Assembly (NCBI GenBank): GCA_964016885.1
Contig: OZ024744.1
Location: forward strand, 31,248,001 to 31,312,000
Source: Eledone cirrhosa
Taxonomy: Eukaryota
Length of the DNA stretch: 64,000 bases
Direction of reading: 5' to 3'
The notes beneath the pieces are model-generated. The model was not told the DNA's origin. It was given only the letters and a program-made list of their open reading frames with translations, and made no database searches. The first letter of the stretch is position 1. The number at the start of each line of letters is the position of its first letter. Shown here one piece after another: positions 55,601 to 64,000 of the stretch. Made by a program: the position numbers and the translations under genes.

Positions 55601-58600
55601 TACTAACTAATGTCCTCTGTCATGGCCAACTGAGACATTTTTAAACCCAGTACTAACTAATGTCCTCTGTTATGGCCAACTGAGAGATTGGTAAACCCAG
55701 TACTAACTAATGTCCTATGTCATGACCAACTGAGACATTGGTAAACCCAGTACTAACTAATGTCCTATGTCATTGCCAACTGAGACATTGGTAAATCCAG
55801 TACTAACTAATGTCGTATGTCGTGGCCAACTGAGACATTGGTAAACCCAGTACTAACTAATGTCCTATGTCATCGCCAACTGAGACGTTGGTAAACCCAG
55901 TAGTAACTAATGTCCTATGTCATGACCAACTGAGACGTTGGTAAACCCAGTACTGACTAATGTCCTCTGTCATGGCCAACTTAGTCGTAGGTAAACCCAG
56001 TACTAACTAATGTCCTCTGTCATGGCCAACTGAGACGTAGGAAAACCCAGTACTAACTAATGTCCTATGTCATGGCCAACTGAGACGTTGGTAAACCCAG
56101 TATTAACTAATGTCCTATGTCATGACCAACTGAGACATTGGTAAACCCAGTACTAACTAATGTCTTATATCATGGCCAACTGAGACATTGGTAAACCCAG
56201 TACTAACTAATGTCCTCTGTCATGGCCAACCAAGACGGTGGTAAACCCAGTACTAATTAATGTCCTCTGTCATGGCCAACGGAGACGTTGGTAAACCCAA
56301 TACTAACTAATGTCCTATGTCATGACCACCTGAGACATTGGTAAACCCAGTACTAACTAATGTCCTATGTCATGACCAACTGAGACATTGGTAAACACAT
56401 TACTAACTAATGTCCTATGTCATGGCCAACTGAGACGTTGGTAAACCCAGTACTAACTAATGTCCTCTGTCATGGCCAACTGAGACATTGTTAAACCCAG
56501 TACTAACTAATGTCCTATGTCATGACCAACTGAGACATTGGTAAACCCAGTACTAACTAATGTCCTATGTCATGGCCAACTGAGACGTTGGTAAACCCAG
56601 TACTAACTAATGTCCTCTGTCATGGCCAACAGAGACGTTGGTAAACCCAGTATTAGCTAATGTCCTATGTCATGGCCAACTGAGACGATGGTAAACCCAG
56701 TACTAACTAATGTCCTCTGTCATGGCCAACTGAGACATTGGTAAACCCAGTACTAACTCATGTCCTATGTCATGATCAACTGAGACATTGGTAAACCCAG
56801 TATTAACTAATGTCCTATGTCATGGCCAACTGAGACGTTGGTAAACTCAGTACTAACTAATGTCCTCTGTCATGACCAACTGAGACATTGGTAAACCCAG
56901 TACTAACTAATGTCCTATGTCATGAACAACTGAGATATTGGTAAACCCAGTACTAACTAATGTCCTATGTCATGGCCAACTGAGACGTTGGTAAATCCAG
57001 TACTAACTAATGTCCTCTCTCATGGCCAACTGAGACGTTGGTAAACCCAGTATTAACTAATGTCCTATGTCATGGCCAACTGAGACGATGGTAAACCCAG
57101 TACTAAATAATGTCCTCTGTCATGGCCAACTGAGACATTGGTAAACCCAGTACTAACTAATGTCCTATGTCATGGCCAACTGAGACATTGGTAAACTCAG
57201 TACTATCTAATGTCCTATGTCATGGCACACTGAGACGTTGGTAAACCCAGTACTAATTAATGTCCTCTCTCATGGCCAACTGAGACGTTGGTAAACCCAG
57301 TACTAACTAATGTCCTCTTTCATAGCCAACTGAGACGTAGGTAAACCCCGTACTAACTAATGTCCTCTGTCATGGCCAACTGAGACGTTGGTAAACCCAG
57401 TACTAACTAATGTCCTCTGTCATGGCCAACTGAGACGTTGGTAAACCCAGTACTAACTAATGTCCTCTGTCATGGCCAACTGAGACGTTGGTAAACCCAG
57501 TACTAAATAATGTCCTATGTCATGGCCAACTGAGTCGTTGGTAAACCCAGTACTATCTAATTTCCTATATCATGACCAACTGAGACGTTGGTAAACCCAG
57601 TACTAACTAATGTCCTATGTCATGACCAACTGAGACATTGGTAAACCCAGTACTAACTAATGTCCTATGTCATTGCCAACTGAGACATTGGTAAACCCAG
57701 TACTAACTAATGTCGTATGTCGTGGCCAACTGAGACATTGGTAAACCCAGTACTAACTAATGTCCTATGTCATCGCCAACTGAGACGTTGGTAAACCCAG
57801 TACTAACTAATGTCCTATGTCATGACCAACTGAGACGTTGGTAAACCCAGTACTAACTAATGTCCTCTGTCATGGCCAACTTAGACGTAGGTAAACCCAG
57901 TACTAACTAATGTCCTCTGTCATGGCCAACTGAGACGTTGGTAAACCCAGTACTAACTAATGTCCTCTGTCATTACCAACTGAGACGTAGGTAAACCCAG
58001 TACTAACTAATGTCCTCTGTCATGGCCAACTGAGACGTAGGTAAACCCAGTACTAACTAATGTCCTCTGTCATGGCCAACTGAGACGTTGGTAAACCCAG
58101 TACTAACTAATGTCCTATGTCATGGCCAACTGAGTCGTTGGTAAACCCAGTACTATCTAATTTCCTATATCATGACCAACTGAGACGTTGGTAAAACCAG
58201 TACTAACTAATGTCCTATGTCATGACCAACTGAGACATTGGTAAACCCAGTACTAACTAATGTCCTATGTCATTGCCAACTGAGACATTGGTAAACCCAG
58301 TACTAACTAATGTCGTATGTCGTGGCCAACTGAGACATTGGTAAACCCAGTACTAACTAATGTCCTATGTCATCGCCAACTGAGACGTTGGTAAACCCAG
58401 TACTAACTAATGTCCTATGTCATGACCAACTGAGACGTTGGTAAACCCAGTACTAACTAATGTCCTCTGTCATGGCCAACTTAGACGTAGGTAAACCCAG
58501 TACTAACTAATGTCCTCTGTCATGGCCAACTGAGACGTTGGTAAACCCAGTACTAACTAATGTCCTCTGTCATTACCAACTGAGACGTAGGTAAACCCAG

Positions 58601-61600
58601 TACTAACTAATGTCCTCTGTCATGGCCAACTGAGACGTAGGTAAACCCAGTACTAACTAATGTCCTCTGTCATGGCCAACTGAGACGTTGGTAAACCCAG
58701 TACTAACTAATGTCCTCTGTCATGGCCAACTGAGACATTTTTAAACCCAGTACTAACTAATGTCCTCTGTTATGGCCAACTGAGAGATTGGTAAACCCAG
58801 TACTAACTAATGTCCTATGTCATGACCAACTGAGACATTGGTAAACCCAGTACTAACTAATGTCCTATGTCATTGCCAACTGAGACATTGGTAAATCCAG
58901 TACTAACTAATGTCGTATGTCGTGGCCAACTGAGACATTGGTAAACCCAGTACTAACTAATGTCCTATGTCATCGCCAACTGAGACGTTGGTAAACCCAG
59001 TAGTAACTAATGTCCTATGTCATGACCAACTGAGACGTTGGTAAACCCAGTACTGACTAATGTCCTCTGTCATGGCCAACTTAGACGTAGGTAAACCCAG
59101 TACTAACTAATGTCCTCTGTCATGGCCAACTGAGACGTAGGAAAACCCATTACTAACTAATGTCCTATGTCATGGCCAACTGAGACGTTGGTAAACCCAG
59201 TATTAACTAATGTCCTATGTCATGACCAACTGAGACATTGGTAAACCCAGTACTAACTAATGTCCTATATCATGGCCAACTGAGACATTGGTAAACCCAG
59301 TACTAACTAATGTCCTCTGTCATGGCCAACCAAGACGGTGGTAAACCCAGTACTAATTAATGTCCTCTGTCATGGCCAACGGAGACGTTGGTAAACCCAA
59401 TACTAACTAATGTCCTATGTCATGACCACCTGAGACATTGGTAAACCCAGTACTAACTAATGTCCTATGTCATGACCAACTGAGACATTGGTAAACACAT
59501 TACTAACTAATGTCCTATGTCATGGCCAACTGAGACGTTGGTAAACCCAGTACTAACTAATGTCCTCTGTCATGGCCAACTGAGACATTGTTAAACCCAG
59601 TACTAACTAATGTCCTATGTCATGACCAACTGAGACATTGGTAAACCCAGTACTAACTAATGTCCTATGTCATGGCCAACTGAGACGTTGGTAAACCCAG
59701 TACTAACTAATGTCCTCTGTCATGGCCAACAGAGACGTTGGTAAACCCAGTATTAGCTAATGTCCTATGTCATGGCCAACTGAGACGATGGTAAACCCAG
59801 TACTAACTAATGTCCTCTGTCATGGCCAACTGAGACATTGGTAAACCCAGTACTAACTCATGTCCTATGTCATGATCAACTGAGACATTGGTAAACCCAG
59901 TATTAACTAATGTCCTATGTCATGGCCAACTGAGACGTTGGTAAACTCAGTACTAACTAATGTCCTCTGTCATGACCAACTGAGACATTGATAAACCCAG
60001 TACTAACTAATGTCCTATGTCATGACCAACTGAGATATTGGTAAACCCAGTACTAACTAATGTCCTATGTCATGGCCAACTGAGACGTTGGTAAATCCAG
60101 TACTAACTAATGTCCTCTCTCATGGCCAACTGAGACGTTGGTAAACCCAGTATTAACTAATGTCCTATGTCATGGCCAACTGAGACGATGGTAAACCCAG
60201 TACTAAATAATGTCCTCTGTCATGGCCAACTGAGACATTGGTAAACCCAGTACTAACTAATGTCCTATGTCATGGCCAACTGAGACATTGGTAAACTCAG
60301 TACTATCTAATGTCCTATGTCATGGCACACTGAGACGTTGGTAAACCCAGTACTAATTAATGTCCTCTCTCATGGCCAACTGAGACGTTGGTAAACCCAG
60401 TACTAACTAATGTCCTCTTTCATAGCCAACTGAGACGTAGGTAAACCCCGTACTAACTAATGTCCTCTGTCATGGCCAACTGAGACGTTGGTAAACCCAG
60501 TACTAACTAATGTCCTCTGTCATGGCCAACTGAGACGTTGGTAAACCCAGTACTAACTAATGTCCTCTGTCATGGCCAACTGAGACGTTGGTAAACCCAG
60601 TACTAAATAATGTCCTATGTCATGGCCAACTGAGTCGTTGGTAAACCCAGTACTATCTAATTTCCTATATCATGACCAACTGAGACGTTGGTAAACCCAG
60701 TACTAACTAATGTCCTATGTCATGACCAACTGAGACATTGGTAAACCCAGTACTAACTAATGTCCTATGTCATTGCCAACTGAGACATTGGTAAACCCAG
60801 TACTAACTAATGTCGTATGTCGTGGCCAACTGAGACATTGGTAAACCCAGTACTAACTAATGTCCTATGTCATCGCCAACTGAGACGTTGGTAAACCCAG
60901 TACTAACTAATGTCCTATGTCATGACCAACTGAGACGTTGGTAAACCCAGTACTAACTAATGTCCTCTGTCATGGCCAACTTAGACGTAGGTAAACCCAG
61001 TACTAACTAATGTCCTCTGTCATGGCCAACTGAGACGTTGGTAAACCCAGTACTAACTAATGTCCTCTGTCATTACCAACTGAGACGTAGGTAAACCCAG
61101 TACTAACTAATGTCCTCTGTCATGGCCAACTGAGACGTAGGTAAACCCAGTACTAACTAATGTCCTCTGTCATGGCCAACTGAGACGTTGGTAAACCCAG
61201 TACTAACTAATGTCCTCTGTCATGGCCAACTGAGACATTTTTAAACCCAGTACTAACTAATGTCCTCTGTTATGGCCAACTGAGAGATTGGTAAACCCAG
61301 TACTAACTAATGTCCTATGTCATGACCAACTGAGACATTGGTAAACCCAGTACTAACTAATGTCCTATGTCATTGCCAACTGAGACATTGGTAAATCCAG
61401 TACTAACTAATGTCGTATGTCGTGGCCAACTGAGACATTGGTAAACCCAGTACTAACTAATGTCCTATGTCATCGCCAACTGAGACGTTGGTAAACCCAG
61501 TAGTAACTAATGTCCTATGTCATGACCAACTGAGACGTTGGTAAACCCAGTACTGACTAATGTCCTATGTCATGACCAACTGAGACATTGGTAAACACAT

Positions 61601-64000
61601 TACTAACTAATGTCCTATGTCATGGCCAACTTAGACGTAGGTAAACCCAGTACTAACTAATGTCCTCTGTCATGGCCAACTGAGACGTAGGAAAACCCAG
61701 TACTAACTAATGTCCTATGTCATGGCCAACTGAGACGTTGGTAAACCCAGTATTAACTAATGTCCTATGTCATGACCAACTGAGACATTGGTAAACCCAG
61801 TACTAACTAATGTCCTATATCATGGCCAACTGAGACATTGGTAAACCCAGTACTAACTAATGTCCTCTGTCATGGCCAACCAAGACGGTGGTAAACCCAG
61901 TACTAATTAATGTCCTCTGTCATGGCCAACGGAGACGTTGGTAAACCCAATACTAACTAATGTCCTATGTCATGACCACCTGAGACATTGGTAAACCCAG
62001 TACTAACTAATGTCCTATGTCATGACCAACTGAGACATTGGTAAACACATTACTAACTAATGTCCTATGTCATGGCCAACTGAGACGTTGGTAAACCCAG
62101 TACTAACTAATGTCCTCTGTCATGGCCAACTGAGACATTGTTAAACCCAGTACTAACTAATGTCCTATGTCATGACCAACTGAGACATTGGTAAACCCAG
62201 TACTAACTAATGTCCTATGTCATGGCCAACTGAGACGTTGGTAAACCCAGTACTAACTAATGTCCTCTGTCATGGCCAACAGAGACGTTGGTAAACCCAG
62301 TATTAGCTAATGTCCTATGTCATGGCCAACTGAGACGATGGTAAACCCAGTACTAACTAATGTCCTCTGTCATGGCCAACTGAGACATTGGTAAACCCAG
62401 TACTAACTAATGTCCTATGTCATGACCAACTAAGACATTGGTAAACCCAGTACTATCTAATGTCCTATGTCATGGCCAACTGAGACGTTGGTAAACCCAG
62501 TACTAACTAATGTCCTCTGTCATGGCCAACTGAGAGATTGGTAAACCCAGTACTAACTAATGTCCTATGTCATGACCAACTGAGACATTGGTAAACCCAG
62601 TACTAACTAATGTCCTATGTCATGGCCAACTGAGAGATTGGTAAACCCAGTACTAACTAATGTCCTATGTCATGACCAACTGAGACATTGGTAAACCCAG
62701 TATTAACTAATGTCCTATGTCATGGCCAACTGAGACGTTGGTAAACTCAGTACTAACTAATGTCCTCTGTCATGGCCAACTGAGACATTGGTAAACCCAG
62801 TACTAACTAATGTCCTATGTCATGACCAACTGAGATATTGGTAAACACATTACTAACTAATGTCCTATGTCATGGCCAACTGAGACGTTGGTAAATCCAG
62901 TACTAACTAATGTCCTCTCTCATGGCCAACTGAGACGTTGGTAAACCCAGTATTAACTAATGTCCTATGTCATGGCCAACTGAGACGATGGTAAGCCAGG
63001 TACTAAATAATGTCCTCTGTCATGGCCAACTGAGACATTGGTAAACCCAGTACTAACTAATGTCCTATGTCATGGCCAACTGAGACATTGGTAAACTCAG
63101 TACTATCTAATGTCCTATGTCATGGCACACTGAGACGTTGGTAAACCCAGTACTAATTAATGTCCTCTCTCATGGCCAACTGAGACGTTGGTAAACCCAG
63201 TACTAACTAAAGTCCTCTTTCATAGCCAACTGAGACGTAGGTAAACCCAGTACTAACTAATGTCCTCTGTCATGGGCAACTGAGACGTTGGTAAACCCAG
63301 TACTAACTAATGTCCTCTGTCATGGCCAACTGAGACATTCGTAAACCCAGTACTAACTAATGTCCTCTGTTAATGCCAACTGAGAGATTGGTAAACCCAG
63401 TACTAACTAATGTCCTATGTCATGACCAACTGAGACATTGGTAAACCCAGTACTAACTAATGTCGTATGTCATGGCCAACTGAGATATTGGTAAACCCAG
63501 TACTAACTAATGTCCTATGTCATCGCCAACTGAGACGTTGGTAAACCCAGTACTAACTAATGTCCTATGTCATGACCAACTGAGACGTTGGTAAACGCAG
63601 TACTAACTAATGTCCTCTGTCATGGCCAACTTAGACGTTGGTAAACCCAGTACTAACTAATGTCCTATGTCATGACCAACTGAGACGTTGGTAAACGCAG
63701 TACTAACTAATGTCTTATGTCATGGCCAACTGAGACGTTGGTAAACGCAGTACTAACTAATGTCCTCTGTCATGGCCAACTTAGACGTAGGTAAACCCAG
63801 TACTAACTAATGTCCTCTGTCATGGCCAACTGAGACGTTGGTAAACCCAGTACTAACTAATGTCCTCTGTCGTTACCAACTAAGACGTAGGTAAACCCAG
63901 TACTAACTAATGTCCTCTGTCATGGCCAACTGAGACGTAGGTAAACCCAGTACTAACTAATGTCCTATGTCATGGCCAACTGAGACGTTGGTAAACCCAG
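28686..64000. repeat. 50-bp satellite array, ~700 monomers, running off the window
   Basis: Consensus CATGGCCAACTGAGACRTTGGTAAACCCAGTACTAACTAATGTCCTMTGT, head-to-tail, with no interruptions seen. Confidence 0.98.

Noticed and set aside
28686-64000. CRISPR array or repetitive coding exon
   Set aside because: There are no unique spacers. The unit length of 50 is not a multiple of 3, and the ORF track has no entry here.

Overview
AT-rich, microsatellite-rich eukaryotic repeat DNA with no recognisable host gene. The SINE/LINE/(TA)n content suggests an invertebrate, possibly a cephalopod; this is inference. Almost all ORFs in the track are translations of (TA)n/(CA)n/(TTC)n repeats. Bases 1-28.6 kb hold a decayed Penelope-like retroelement (PLE; RT then GIY-YIG) inside an ~8 kb inverted arrangement, three Helitron derivatives, RTE-type and CRE-like LINE fragments and tRNA-derived SINEs. 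They also hold many short fold-back elements inserted in (TA)n tracts. Folding by eye gives about 17 type I hammerhead ribozyme (HHR) motifs from at least 7 unrelated sequence families. These include a family with a compensated U3:A8 core (UUGAAAA), a 628-nt retrozyme-like tandem unit, and a family whose fold-back apex sits at the inferred HHR stem II loop. Bases 28,686-64,000 are one ~35 kb array of a 50-bp satellite with two domains of irregular higher-order repeats.
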